Assembly (NCBI GenBank): GCA_964016885.1
Contig: OZ024748.1
Span: forward strand, 50,964,001 to 51,028,000
Source: Eledone cirrhosa
Lineage: Eukaryota
Direction of reading: 5' to 3'
DNA length: 64,000 bases
The position numbers and the translations under genes are program-made. Positions 28,420 to 42,222 of the stretch are shown in pieces. A model generated the notes under the pieces. That model did not search any database. It saw only the letters and a list, made by a program, of their open reading frames with translations, and was not told the DNA's origin. Each line of letters starts with the position of its first letter. Within the stretch, counting starts at the first letter, position 1.

Positions 28420-30870
28420 ATTGTTGTGTGGTGTAGTAAAGTGTTGTGTGGTGTGAAGTAGAGCAGTGTGATGTGGTGTAGTGTGATGTGTAGTGTCCTC
28501 TAATGTGGTGTAGAGAGGAGCAGTGTAAGAGCTGTAGTTTGTTGGCGTGCCTTGTGGTACACTTTGTTGTGTTGTGGTGTAGTGTAGCGTGGTGTAGTAA
28601 AGTGTTGTGTGGTGTGGAGTAGAGCAGTGTGATGTGGTGTAGTAAAGTGTTGTGTGGTGTGAAGTAGAGCAGTGTGATGTGGTGTAGTGTGATGTGTAGT
28701 GTCCTCTAATGTGGTGTAGAGAGGAGCAGTGTAAGAGCTGTAGTTTGTTGGCGTGCCTTGTGGTACACTTTGTTGTGTTGTGGTGTAGTGTAGCGTGGTG
28801 TAGTAAAGTGTTGTGTGGTGTGGAGTAGAGCAGTGTGATGTGTAGTGTCCTCTAATGTGGTGTAGAGAGGAGCAGTGTAAGGGCTGTAGTTTGTTGGCGT
28901 GCCTTGTGGTACACTTTGTTGTGTTGTGGTGTAGTGTAGCGTGGTGTAGTAAAGTGTTGTGTGGTGTGGAGTAGAGCAGTGTGATGTGGTGTAGTGTGAT
29001 GTGTAGTGTCCTCTAATGTGGTGTAGAGAGGAGCAGTGTAAGAGCTGTAGTTTGTTGGCGTGCCTTGTGGTACACTTTGTTGTGTTGTGGTGTAGTGTAG
29101 CGTGGTGTAGTAAAGTGTTGTGTGGTGTGGAGTAGAGCAGTGTGATGTGGTGTAGTGTGATGGGTAGTGTCCTCTAATGTGGTGTAGAGAGGAGCAGTGT
29201 AAGGGCTGTAGTTTGTTGGCGTGCCTTGTGGTACACTTTGTTGTGTTGTGGTGTAGTGTAGCGTGGTGTAGTAAAGTGTTGTGTGGTGTGGAGTAGAGCA
29301 GTGTGATGTGGTGTAGTGTGATGTGTAGTGTCCTCTAATGTGGTGTAGAGAGGAGCAGTGTAAGAGCTGTAGTTTGTTGGCGTGCCTTGTGGTACACTTT
29401 GTTGTGTTGTGGTGTAGTGTAGCGTAGTGTAGTAAAGTGTTGTGTGGTGTGGAGTAGAGCAGTGTGATGTGGTGTAGTGTGATGTGTAGTGTCTTCTAAT
29501 GTGGTGTAGAGAGGAGCAGTGTAAGGGCTGTAGTTTGTTGGCGTGCCTTGTGGTACACTTTGTTGTGTTGTGGTGTAGTGTAGCGTGGTGTAGTAAAGTG
29601 TTGTGTGGTGTGAAGTAGAGCAGTGTGATGTGGTGTAGTGTGATGTGTAGTATCCTCTAATGTGGTGTAGAGAGGAGCAGTGTAAGGGCTGTAGTTTGTT
29701 GGCGTGCCTTGTGGTACACTTTGTTGTGTTGTGGTGTAGTGTAGCGTGGTGTAGTAAAGTGTTGTGTGGTGTGGAGTAGAGCAGTGTGATGTGGTGTAGT
29801 GTGATGTGTAGTGTCCTCTAATGTGGTGTAGAGAGGAGCAGTGTAAGGGCTGTAGTTTGTTGGCGTGCCTTGTGGTACACTTTGTTGTGTTGTGGTGTAG
29901 TGTAGCGTGGTGTAGTAAAGTGTTGTGTGGTGTGGAGTAGAGCAGTGTGATGTGGTGTAGTGTGATGTGTAGTGTCCTCTAATGTGGTGTAGAGAGGAGC
30001 AGTGTAAGAGCTGTAGTTTGTTGGCGTGCCTTGTGGTACACTTTGTTGTGTTGTGGTGTAGTGTAGCGTGGTGTAGTAAAGTGTTGTGTGGTGTGGAGTA
30101 GAGCAGTGTGATGTGGTGTAGTGTGATGTGTAGTGTCCTCTAATGTGGTGTAGAGAGGAGCAGTGTAAGGGCTGTAGTTTGTTGGCGTGCCTTGTGGTAC
30201 ACTTTGTTGTGTTGTGGTGTAGTGTAGCGTGGTGTAGTAAAGTGTTGTGTGGTGTGGAGTAGAGCAGTGTGATGTGGTGTAGTGTGATGTGTAGTGTCCT
30301 CTAATGTGGTGTAGAGAGGAGCAGTGTAAGGGCTGTAGTTTGTTGGCGTGCCTTGTGGTACACTTTGTTGTGTTGTGGTGTAGTGTAGCGTGGTGTAGTA
30401 AAGTGTTGTGTGGTGTGGAGTAGAGCAGTGTGATGTGGTGTAGTGTGATGTGTAGTGTCCTCTAATGTGGTGTAGAGAGGAGCAGTGTAAGGGCTGTAGT
30501 TTGTTGGCGTGCCTTGTGGTACACTTTGTTGTGTTGTGGTGTAGTGTAGCGTGGTGTAGTAAAGTGTTGTGTGGTGTGGAGTAGAGCAGTGTGATGTGTA
30601 GTGTCCTCTAATGTGGTGTAGAGAGGAGTAGTGTAAGAGCTGTAGTTTGTTGGCGTGCCTTGTGGTACACTTTGTTGTGTTGTGGTGTAGTGTAGCGTGG
30701 TGTAGTAAAGTGTTGTGTGGTGTGGAGTAGAGCAGTGTGATGTGGTGTAGTGTAGCGTGGTGTAGTAAAGTGTTGTGTGGTGTGGAGTAGAGCAGTGTGA
30801 TGTGGTGTAGTGTAAGGGCTCTAGTTTGTTGGCGTGCCTTGTGGTACACTTTGTTGTGGTGTGGTGTGGT
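28420..30870. repeat. tandem satellite, 161-bp unit, about 14-15 copies, built from GTGTA/GTGTG pentamers
   Basis: CTCTAATGTGG recurs at 29011, 29172, 29333 ... 30460 with period 161 (the 29494 copy has one substitution). 146-bp and 206-bp variants occur at the edges, and degenerate pentamer flanks extend to ~28330 and ~31020. Confidence 0.95.
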
Positions 30871-31214
30871 GTAGTGTGGTGTGGTTTGAAGTAAGGCAGC
30901 ACACTAGTGTAGTTTGGTACAGTGTAATTGGTTGTAATGTGGTGTAATGTGATGTGGAGCAATGTGACGTTGTGTTACGTGGGGCAGTGTGGTGGTTTTG
31001 GTGTGGTGTGGTGTAGTTTAAAGCAGAGAGCCGTATGAAGTGACATTAGAATCATCCGAGAGAGGACACTGCTCATGTGTTCAATTGTTGTTATAAAAAG
31101 TTTATAAGCCAGGCGTTGCCAATAAACTAAATACATGGCCTACAAACCATTACCTACGCTTGGATTCGTAGGAGCCCTGTCGGGAATTATAGCAGGTTTG
31201 GGGGTTCTCCAGGA

Positions 31215-31280
<66 letters not shown>

Positions 31281-31676
31281 TGAATAAACAATAGACAAAA
31301 CTAACTCTAACATCGAGTTTTGAGACGCGAGTGTATTAGAATTCGTGGCAAAATGGGGAAACTAGGCGTAAGGAAGCAGTTAAAACAGCAAAATGTTGTT
31401 GAAGAGGCGATGGGTAAACATTACCACAAAGGAGAGAAATCAGCGGCTAGAAGCGAATTGGCTCGAAGAATTGATAGGAAGAAAAGAGAAAGGGATAAAA
31501 TAGATAAGAGGAGATCACAAACATTTAAATACACTCATCAGCTTTCAGAGCAACTGCAGTTTCAACGATTTAACTAAAAGTACTGCGTAGGATAGACGGC
31601 TCGTTACCACGGAGAAATTAATATCTCTGTTAGTATAATGTTTGTGTTGGGACAGGTCAGAGAGAGAAAAATAAAT

Positions 31677-31759
<83 letters not shown>

Positions 31760-31979
31760 TGTGTGCGTGTGCGTGTGCGTGTGTGTGTGTGTGTGTATAT
31801 ATCAATCAAAAAGTTATTTTTCTCTAATATATTGAGACATCTCAATGAATAGATAAAATATCAATTCAGAGAAACAATTAAACTTATTAAACTTAAGCGA
31901 ATATATATGAGTATGACTGACGTATTTTAGTTTGTCTAGCTTGTAACCCCCTCTATCGAGATTTTGGCTTAAGTTTATA

Positions 31980-32020
<41 letters not shown>

Positions 32021-33079
32021 TCCTCCATATATACCCATGGTAAATGGATTTCCGTTGTTTTTTAAGATAAATATTCCACTTGTTCGACCAACTGATCTGT
32101 CAACTCAGTTAATTATAGTTAAAGTGTCAAACTATTCCTCAGACAGAATCAATGGGTGACAGTGTGTTGTAAAGCTGAGCAAATGAGTTCTTCCTACGAA
32201 CATTCATGGTTACAATCTACCAGATTTCATTTACAAGTTATAAAATAATCTGAAGCTATAGTGATAAAACACTTACCCATGATGCACCGCAGAGGGGTTG
32301 AACACGGGACATCATGTGTTTAAAAAGAACAAGCTTAACACTCGACCACGTTTGTATATTTATATTTATTTACACAGAATCACAGAAAACATATTGATCT
32401 AAGCTAGTCTGGAATTTCCTAATAACAGTTTTATTATGGGTTGATTAGAGAATAAAAACATCACCTTTGAATTTGGTGTTCAAGCTCCACATATCCTTAG
32501 ATTGAAAATCTTCTCTACATGCTTACAGTCCCCCAATATCCAGGTTTTGCGGTTACGCAGGGTAACGTATTATTCTACTACACAAGGACTGTTACAGTTG
32601 ATCTAAAGGACACCTGAGCAGCTTTTGTCATAAGGTTTGGGATAATCCATTTCTATTGAAGAAAAAACTTCTGTCCGAAACGTCAGCACTTTTATTCCTC
32701 GTAGTAATCAAACCATTTAACAGATTCTATAACAATTCACCAACGCATATTCGGCGATATTGTTTCCCGCGAAGATGTAACCACGTGGCCGTGATGCAAA
32801 CCTCTAAATTACATGTTTGTGCTCCATTTCTATAGTCTTCTGACAGGCTCTGTATGTTGTGACCGAAATATATTTAGCTATTTTACCAATGTCATTGCAA
32901 ACAAAGTAACGGAGAGAGGGGGGAGAAAGAGGAGAGATAGAGAAAAGAAGAAACAGAAGAGGAGAAAGAGAGGGGGAAAGAAGGAAGAGAGAGTGAGAGA
33001 AATAGAGAGAGAGGGGAGAGAGTGAAAGAGAGACGGGATAATATATGTATGTGTGTGTGTATATACACACACATATCTT

Positions 33080-33177
<98 letters not shown>

Positions 33178-33584
33178 GACTGTAAGAGTGTGTGTATATA
33201 TAGATGTATGTGTAGACGACAAGTTATGTCGCCAATGCTATGCAGGGAACGAGAAAATATATAATTGGTGTTTCAAAATGTCCAAGAACTTTCTGTACAA
33301 GTTCTTTATTGCTGCCATTTCAATTTAATATATTGTTTTCAAAAATATATCAGACAACAAATACGCATGACTACATACATAAAGATATAAAAAGTTAATA
33401 TATAGAAATATAAATTTACAAAAGATATTATCAGAATATGAAGCAACATAGCAAGAAAAAGGAAAACTTACAATGAAATGTGTTTACAAAATTATTTCCT
33501 AATATGATTTCTTGTATATAATTCCTTTTAACTTTGTAATCCTAAAAAATCATTCAGAAAATATTGAATATATATATATATATG

Positions 33585-33720
33585 AATGAAAAAATAGGGA
33601 CCCCAACGGCTGAGCTCTTGCTGTTTCAACAGTAATTTGGAACTAGCTGTTGAAACGGCAAGAACTCAGCCGTCGGGGTCCCGACTCTTTCATATTACCA
33701 CATTCTACTACCCAAATTGT
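33585..33720 (+). mobile_element. fold-back family F1, diverged subfamily copy
   Basis: GGGACCCCAACGGCTGAGCTCTTGCTGTTTCAACAG / CTGTTGAAACGGCAAGAACTCAGCCGTCGGGGTCCC, then the start of the tail ATTACCACATTCTACTACCC. Confidence 0.75.
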
Positions 33721-33762
33721 ACATGCTGTTCTGCAGCTAAAGGTCGATTTACAAATATAATA

Positions 33763-33797
<35 letters not shown>

Positions 33798-33813
33798 GGT
33801 GGGTGGGTGTGTA

Positions 33814-34004
33814 CACGAGATTCGGCTGAAAAATTCATAGGCTGACGAAGATGGAATGACCAAATAAATTTATTTTTCAACATAATCTCTGGAAAGAAAA
33901 AATGCAGTTATTAAGAAGAGTTGAAAGTAATACATGGAAGATTTCACAGCTTTAGCATCATTCTTTCAGAGTCAGCTTATGAACGTTTTGTACTCCCGCT
34001 CGTA
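33814..34004. mobile_element. mariner-derived MITE
   Basis: Imperfect TIRs CACGAG...CTGAAAAATTCATAGGCTGAC and GTCAGCTTATGAACGTTTTG...CTCGTA. Confidence 0.6.
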
Positions 34005-35793
34005 TATTGTTTAACCGGTTACAGACATTGAATAGCGGCGGCCATGCTGGAGTTTTGCCTTCATTTAGTTCATCATATCTATGCCGATGCTTATTGTTGC
34101 AAGACTGAGGTATATTCTATCGATCTTTTTATGTCAATTGCAAAGTTTTAGCGAAACTGTATAATATCCAAGCGCAGTGCCCCAGCATGGCCCCAGTGGA
34201 ATAGCTGGAATAGGTAAAAGAGTATTCATATTGAAAACTTAGTTTCGCGCCTATAATCAACCTGATTTACAGGTAACAGTTCCACGTTTGAAAAACTGAG
34301 ATTTCAGCTTACCCTTGAAGGTTTGCAGAACTAGAATTGGGCGGGGTTAGTTAACTACTTGAATACACAAACCATACGAAAGCCTGGGTGTCACAATAGT
34401 AGTAACCACTGTTTTATACTGTCCTTACGTTTTGCTATATTTAGAATCAAATCACATACACACACACATAAACACTCTCATGCACACACACACACATATG
34501 CATACACTTACACACACATGATCTACGTAAGAACATCAAATATAGTTATCTTTTCGATTTGAAGAAGAGAGAAGTTCTTCAGAAGAAGAAACGAGACTGA
34601 AAGGGAAACAAACACCAATTGTATGGAAGGAAGGGAGGAAGGAAGGAAGGAAGGAAAGACAGAAAGACATGCAGACAGACAGACAGACAGGCAGACAGAA
34701 AGACAGACAGGCAGACAGAAAGACAGACATACAGGCAGACAGGCAGACAGGCAGACAGGCAGGCGGGCGGGCGGGAAGGCATGCAGGCAGAAAGAAAGAT
34801 TGACAAGAAGAAGAGGGGGAAGGAGGAGGAGGAGGAGGAGGAGGAGGGGGGATGAGCAGAATGGGGGGGGGGGCGAGGAGGAGGAAGAGGAGGAAGATTT
34901 CTAAAGGAAAAATAAGAGAAAGGTGAAAGAATCCCCTTTTCAAAACAGTAGCCATAACAATTACAGTTTATGACCAACAGTCCGTTCTGACATACATCGG
35001 TTTTGACATTTTAAACATTTTTTAAATTTAATTTTATTTTATTTTATTCCTAATTTTTTTTTTTTTTTTGATAATTAATGATTTTATTTTTCTTTAATTT
35101 TTTATTTATACATATTTATTTATTTCGTAATTTTTTTACTACATTTCATTTTATTTTATATTATTTTATTTTATATTATATTATTTTATATTTTATGTTA
35201 TTTTATATTATATTATTTTATTTTATATTATATTATTTTATATTATATTATTTTATTTTATTTTATATTATTTTATGTTATTTTATATTATTTTGTTTTA
35301 TATTATTTTAAGTTATTTTATATTATATTATTTTATATTATTTTGTTATCTTATATTATATTATTTTGTTATTTTATATTATTTTATTTTATATTATATT
35401 ATTTTATATTATTTTATATTATTTCATTTTATATTATTTTATATTATTTCATTTTATATTATTTTATATTATTTTATATTATTCATATATTATTTTATCA
35501 TCTTATTTTATATTATTTTATTTTATATTATTTTATATTATTTTACATTATTTTATTTTATTCTATTTTCCGTTTCAAAGAATTCGTGAATCTGTAAATT
35601 CTTTGATGCATTCATGTCCTGTCTGGATTGCAATAAACATGGATCATCTTGCAGGCACGAATTGCAATATCTAATGCATCATTCTCGACTGATTTCACTC
35701 CAGATGTTACAGGGCAACAGGATAAAGGAGGAAGAGATATGTGAAACAGAGAGAGAGGGTGGAGAATGAGAGAGAGAGAGAGGAGTGGAGAAT

Positions 35794-35846
<53 letters not shown>

Positions 35847-36246
35847 CAGAGAAAAGGGTGAGAATATCGAAAAGTGAAAGAAAAATGTGAAATAGCGACA
35901 GAGAGAGAAGGGGTGCAAAATGAGAGTGAGAGGGTGGAGAGAGGAGAATGAGAGGGAGAGGATGGTGGGGAATGAGAGAGAGAGAGAGAACAGAGAATAA
36001 GGTAAGAAATATCTAAAAGTGAAAGAGAAACAAAGGGAGGGAGCTGGAGAATGTAAGGGAGAGAAGGATATATGTATATATATACAGAGAGAGAGAGAGA
36101 GAGAGAGAGGGGGGTTAAGAAGAATATGGCGGCTGAGAGAGATGAGAATGGGAAGGCAAATATATTACGGGGCAACAGGATAAAAGAGAAAGAGAAAGGT
36201 AGAAGAGAGAGAGGCAAAGAGAAAGTGTGTGTGTGTGTGGCAATGG

Positions 36247-36278
<32 letters not shown>

Positions 36279-37819
36279 TGAGAAATATCGAAAATTAAAG
36301 TGAAAGAGGAGCAAGTGGTAATGTAATATAAAGATAAAGAAAGAATTAGAGGAGGTGGGGGCATGGATGGATTGAACAGAAGAGGGAAAGAGAGAAAATG
36401 GTGAAGCCTCCGTGGATTTCCTGGTCAGATTTCATATTGAAGAGAGAGGGAGTGTTAGTGGAAGAAGGTAGGAGGGAAGAGGGTGGAGAGAGACTAAATA
36501 GAAGAGATTGGGAGGAGGAGATTAAGACAATGAGAGGGAAGAGAGTTTAAAGTCAGGGAGAAAGATGTAGAGACAGAGGGTATGAGAGGAAGATAAAAGA
36601 GAGTGAATCCTAGGAGAGTGAATAAAGAATTGAAAGAGAGTGAGAATTAATGAGGATGGGGAAAAGGGGGAGTGAAAGAAGAAGGAAGAGAGAGGAGAAG
36701 GAAAAGAAGGAAGAAAGAGAAAAAGGAGGAAGAGAAAGAAGGAGGAAGAGAAAGAAGGAAAAGAGAGAAGAGAGAAAAGGAAGGGAGTGAAGAAGGAAGA
36801 GAGAAAAGAAGAGAGAGAAGAAGGATCAAAGAGAAGAAGGATGAGAGAGAAGAAAAGAGAGAAGGATGAGAGAGAAGAAAAAAGTGAGAGAAGAAGGATG
36901 AAAGAGAAGAAGGAAGGAAGAGAAGGAAGAAAAGAGAGGAGATGGATGAGAGAGAAGGAAGAGAGAGAAGAAGAAGGAAGAAACGAGAAAAGGAGGAAGA
37001 GAGAGAAGAAGAGAGAAGAAGAAGAAAGAAGAGATGGAAGGAGGAAGCGAAAGAAGAAGAAGAGAGAGAATGAAGGGAGAAAAGAAGAGAAAGGTAGATA
37101 TATAAGGAAATGGGAGATATAAGTATGGTGTACTTCAACTTTCGCCAAATCCTCCATTTCTTTTACACATATTCCGACCCTTAAATCCATTATTTCAATT
37201 CACGACATTAGAAGCAATTTAAAAATAAAAATAAAATTCAAAAATTCAAACGAAAAACAATATAAAACAAGACATAAAGAAGAGACAAAATAATGTTAAT
37301 CACTCAAGTATGAAAATAAAAGAGAAAAATTAACAGAGAATAACATTTTTTTAAATATATTCTTTTTAATTTTTGTCTGTTTTCAGGAAAGTTTTTCATG
37401 TACATTTTAAATGTTTAGTAAATTTATATTTTGTTTATTTATTGTTAATTTTTCGTGTCATTTGTTTTATCTTGTTTTGATTGTCTTGAGACAGAACACG
37501 TCGTGGGACAAAAGATACTGTTTTGTTGAGCAGCATGAGCTGGTTTCCGTTCTCAATTGGAAAGTCAATTCATTTGAAATTGTAGTACCACACGGAAATG
37601 GAAAACCATACACATCACAACATCAAAATTGGCAAAATAATGCATATTTTAAAATTGTTATATATATATACAAGGAGAAACAGTGACTACTTAGCGGTTT
37701 TCTCTGAGTTCCTTAAATATATATATATACAGTATACTCAATAAATCTGCAGTTACAATCAACTGTTCAGGGTGCATACATTTAGTTTACTGTAGACAGT
37801 TGGCTGTGTTGTTAGTTTT

Positions 37820-37867
<48 letters not shown>

Positions 37868-37901
37868 GGGGAAAATATTTATATCTATAAATATTTTCCC
37901 C

Positions 37902-37966
<65 letters not shown>

Positions 37967-38039
37967 TATATATATGTCAAAGCGAGTAAAGTTTGAAATT
38001 GAGTTAGAAATAGAAGCTTTCGCCGTATTTTGACTAAAG

Positions 38040-39650
38040 AAAGCCTGATAGTGAGATTTAAATCCTCTAAATTGAAAAAGGATGCGTATTGACGCCAATA
38101 CTCCTCCTTTTACAGCGGATCCTGTCAGAAGCAACCGTCTTCAACAGATCTCTAAGCGAGACCAGCCAAGCACATCTATGTTATCGAACCATCTCCCTCA
38201 AGGTTTACACTTGGGGCACCTATCGGTTGGTTTTGCCATCGATTCATTCCTAAGACATTCTAACCACATGTCCATAGTATCGGAGTTCTGATGTCTGAAT
38301 TCGGAGAGATAGCAGCTTTAACTGGAGTGTCTCCCTCATCTCCGAGCTACGTACTCTATTGAGTAACGTTACAAAAGAAGACATTTAGGTGGAACCCCAT
38401 TTCGGCTGTTTCTATTCGAGATCGTATTCTTTCGTTCATTATTCAAGATTCATGACCATAGGCAAGGGTTGGCCCAAATACGGAATTGAAGATAGCGAGT
38501 TTAGCTTTTACAACTACCTCCTTTCTTCTGATTACCGAACACTGTAATATGTCTTTTCAAGATCAACAAAACAAGAATATACATCTTGGCAATGTTCCCA
38601 TGATTTCTCGAATACCTGCCGCAGTGTGAATATTTGTTCGGCTGTGATGCGTCCGGGGCGAAACCGCGCTGTTCATCAGCTGGCTTGGATTCAACAATCT
38701 CCCTGCATCTCTTTGCCAGACACTTAGAATAGACCTTACCGGGGAGGCTTAACAAGGAGATCCCTCTATAATTGAAACAATCTCTCTTGTCTCCCTTTTT
38801 GAAAATTAGGATTATCACTCCCGATTATCATTGCTTAGGTCCAGGCCACTCGGTACACATGAGTCAGTCAGAGAACACCTCTATTTCATCTTCCCCAGCG
38901 GCCTTGCCACATTTGAGCTTTTTAACTGCTCATGTGACCTGAGCCATTGAGAAATTAGCCACCGCTCCCCGATGCACTTCGAGTATATCCGAAGATGCTG
39001 TTGTGATTGGGTTTAGGAGATCAGCAAAGTATTCTCTCCACCTCACGAGGATGCACGTCTCTGAAGAGAGGAGAACTCCAGACGCGTTCCTCATAGCAGG
39101 TGTAGAGAGGACTTTTATTACAAAATTGGCGAATGGACTGTCCTCTACTTTGGACGCCTTTATTGTCTCTGCTGCGATTCTTCGTGCCTGCTCTACCACA
39201 AGTGCAAGAAGGAGGGCTTATTTCCAAGCCAAGCTTTGTAGGTCACCTTCTCTGTTCGGATGGAATCTTTGGCCTTTTGATTGAATTAAGGGGCCCAACT
39301 GCCATCTGGTGCCACACCGTGCCTCTTTCTCCCGCAGCATTTAACAGCTGAAGCAGAAACTGTTGAGCTGAACAATCTCCACTCTGTCTCAATGTCCTCG
39401 GGGAGTTCTCTGAATTTGGATGCAATAGTATCTGCATACCTGGTCCCGAATTTCTTATCCACCAACGCCTCCCAATTTATCCTGTAAGTCACCCTGGATC
39501 TGCCAGTTTTTGCGGCATGAAATGGAGATTGCAATATGTTTTTCGAAAAGGTCCCTCTACCGAAGGTCTGAGCGCGTCCCTTGTTAACCCACGCGAAGGA
39601 CGATGCGGTATGGGTTTTTTTTCCTCTCACCATATTGCAGTTACAGTTTC
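38040..39650 (-). pseudogene. decayed RTE-clade LINE ORF (post-endonuclease linker, reverse transcriptase, C-terminus)
   Basis: ORF 38501-38818 reads IILIFKKGDKRDCFNYRGISLLSLPGKVYSKCL...DEQRGF (non-LTR RT domains 0-2). Upstream frames read RWREYFADLLN and IETEWRLF; the 3' part reads RWFDNI. Frameshifts and stops are present. Confidence 0.92.
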
Positions 39651-39668
39651 GGTGGTCTTATTATGTCA

Positions 39669-39718
<50 letters not shown>

Positions 39719-39720
<2 letters not shown>

Positions 39721-40065
39721 AACGAGTAGGACCGCGACGGCTGAGCTCAAGCCGTTTCGACGGCTAATTCTGGACTAAAATTCAGAATTAGCCGTCGAAA
39801 CGGCTTGAGCTCAGCCGTCGGGGTCCTACTCGTTCCTATTACCAACTCTACTACCCTAAGTATTGAGTACTTTGGTGCGTTATGGTCCGCCTGGTTCCTT
39901 ACCACTTGTCCTCCGTTATATATATCTATATATATAGGAAAATAGTCAGGGCCCCGATGGCTGAGCTCCGGCGTCGGGGTCCTGACTCTTTTCCTATTAC
40001 CCACTCTACTACCCTAAGTATTGAGTACTCTATTGCGTTATAGTTCACCTGGTATCTTACCATAC
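39719..40065 (+). mobile_element. two adjacent fold-back family F1 copies
   Basis: 39719-39836 near-perfect palindrome with tail to 39917; second, internally deleted copy at 39937-40065. Both are bounded by TA runs. Confidence 0.85.
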
Positions 40066-41426
40066 TCTCTCTGTTTTATATATATATATATATATACATA
40101 TATACACATACATGTGTGTGCGTGGTTGTGTATATGCGTGCGTATATGGTCCCACCACCACCTCACCCCACCTCCCCACCACCACCACCACTACCACCAC
40201 CACCACCACCATTTATTATCTTCCCATCATTGTTTCAATATTCCATTCTTCACTCCTTTATTTCCGATTATTTCAATTTATTTCGGTTTCATTTATTTAT
40301 TTGTTTTCTTATTTCACATGTGTTTTAATTACAATAAATTTGTCATTTCACTCCACCCCTCCACCACCATACCATACACCCCACCACCTCCACCACCATA
40401 CGATACACGCCACCACCTCTACCACCATACCATACACCCCTCCACCACCCCCTTCTCTACACAATCCCCCTCCCCCGCTCCATCCTACACCACCTCCAAT
40501 CTTTACCTCCTCCATACTTGCCTGCCCCAGATCCACCTCCACCACACCATCATATTTCACATCCTCTTCCTCCTCCTCCACACCCCTCTGCATCGGTCTC
40601 CTTCACCCCTTTCCCGATCTTAACATCCACTTTTACAACCACCTCCCCCCCACACTTCTCAACACCCTCCACCTTCATACCTACCGCTTCCATGCCTACC
40701 CCCCCCCCACAAGACATGCCCCTCCCCACACCTACAATATCGACCCCTTCTCTTCCTCCACACGATCCTTCTCTACACCCTTCTCCTTCAGCCCCAATCT
40801 TAACCTCCTCTTCAACAACCCCCTTCTCCAAGAGCCTCCGCAAACGCACCTCCGCCACACCCTCCAAATCTTTACCTCCTCCTTCCCACCCTCCAACCGA
40901 TCTTTACCTCCACACCTTCGCCTTTCAAAACGCCAACCCCTCATGTAATCACAACAGCAACGCATTACACCGCACATGCACCCTTTACACAAATACTCAT
41001 TTCATATTAACACACATACAAAACCAACATATATACATATGTTTAACCAATATAGACACAAAACATAGCACACCTATCAGAAACCACGTTAGACCAATAT
41101 ATACACACAAATATACTATTGTTATACACATATTAAACGACATACACCAAGCATGAACAATCTTTTCCGAGTAGTGGGCCGCATAGGATCTGGCTCATCA
41201 TAAGGCCGGTCATACCAGTGAACAATTAAAGGCAATTTTGAAATTAGGCGTGCCATTCAGAGAGCCAGACGGGCCGCAGTTTTCTTATGACTAATATACA
41301 CACTCAAATATATACACCAGCATATACACACAATATACACCACTAGAGAGACTAACTCACTATTTTCGGTATTATTTATCATATCTTCAACTGCTGGTTT
41401 ATTTGTGTCGTATCTATAAGGCAGCA

Positions 41427-41862
41427 AGAGCAGTGCATTGGCAGTATCGGTAGAACGTCGGACATTATGCTTTGCGGCATATAGTTACGGCCCTTTACAT
41501 TCTGAGTTCAAATCCCGCCGAGGTTAGATTTGCTTCTCATCCTTACGGGGTCAATAAAATAAATCACCAGTAATGTACCGGGGTCGATTTAATCGATTTT
41601 CTCCTCCCCTTGTGGCCTTGTGCCCTAATCAGAAACCATTATCTATAAGGCAGCATCAAGGGCGGTGGATTGGCAGTATCGGTAGAGGGTCGGACGCCAT
41701 GCTTTCCAGCATAGTTACGTCCCTTTGCGATCTGAGTTCAAATCCCGCCGAGGTTGACTTTGCCTTTCATCCTTACGGGGTCGATAAAATAGAGTACCAG
41801 TAATGAACTGGTTAATTGCTGGCCTTGTGCCTAAAGTAGAAACAATTATATATAAGGCAGCA
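41427..41862 (+). mobile_element. two tandem SINE family A copies with a triplicated target sequence
   Basis: TATCTATAAGGCAGCA at 41411 and 41640, and TATATATAAGGCAGCA at 41847, flank the two SINEs. Confidence 0.85.
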
Positions 41863-42047
41863 AAGTGGTAGACATATTAGAATGTCAGACAGAGATCTTT
41901 GTGAAATGTGTTCCATATTTGAGCTCTGAGCTCAATGGCCTAGTTACATCATCCGATCATGCCGCAAGACGTCAACAACGTCATCAGGTGTGGATTGCAA
42001 ATATATCGGTTATATTCAAATCCCACGGATATCAACGTCGTCGTCGT

Positions 42048-42222
42048 GTTCTTCTTCTTCTGCTTCTTCTTCTTCCAATTGATTCGGCTGGATCCCCCAA
42101 CTAAGACCAGCCAAGCTCATGGATGTTATCCAACCATTTTGCTCGGGGTCAATCTGCTGCCGGCTGGTTTTACACGTTAGATCTGTTCAACATTTCTTTC
42201 CTGAGACATTCTAACCACAGGC
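42048..42222 (-). mobile_element. RTE-clade LINE extreme 3' end with (GAA)n tail
   Basis: Minus translation VRMSQERNVEQI*RVKPAG..PRAKWLDNIHELGWS, similar to the 3' end at 38100-38280, ending in GAAGAAGAAG. Confidence 0.7.

Noticed and set aside
28420-30870. CRISPR-like or repetitive-protein interpretation of the 161-bp array (ORFs 30301-30962)
   Set aside because: There are no unique spacers, the period is not a multiple of 3, and the context is eukaryotic.
35590-35660. Possible pre-miRNA hairpins here and at 44624-44684 (partial miR-34-like word), plus a miR-9-like word near 15740
   Set aside because: Pairing is too short or interrupted, and no full match to a mature miRNA that I recognise.
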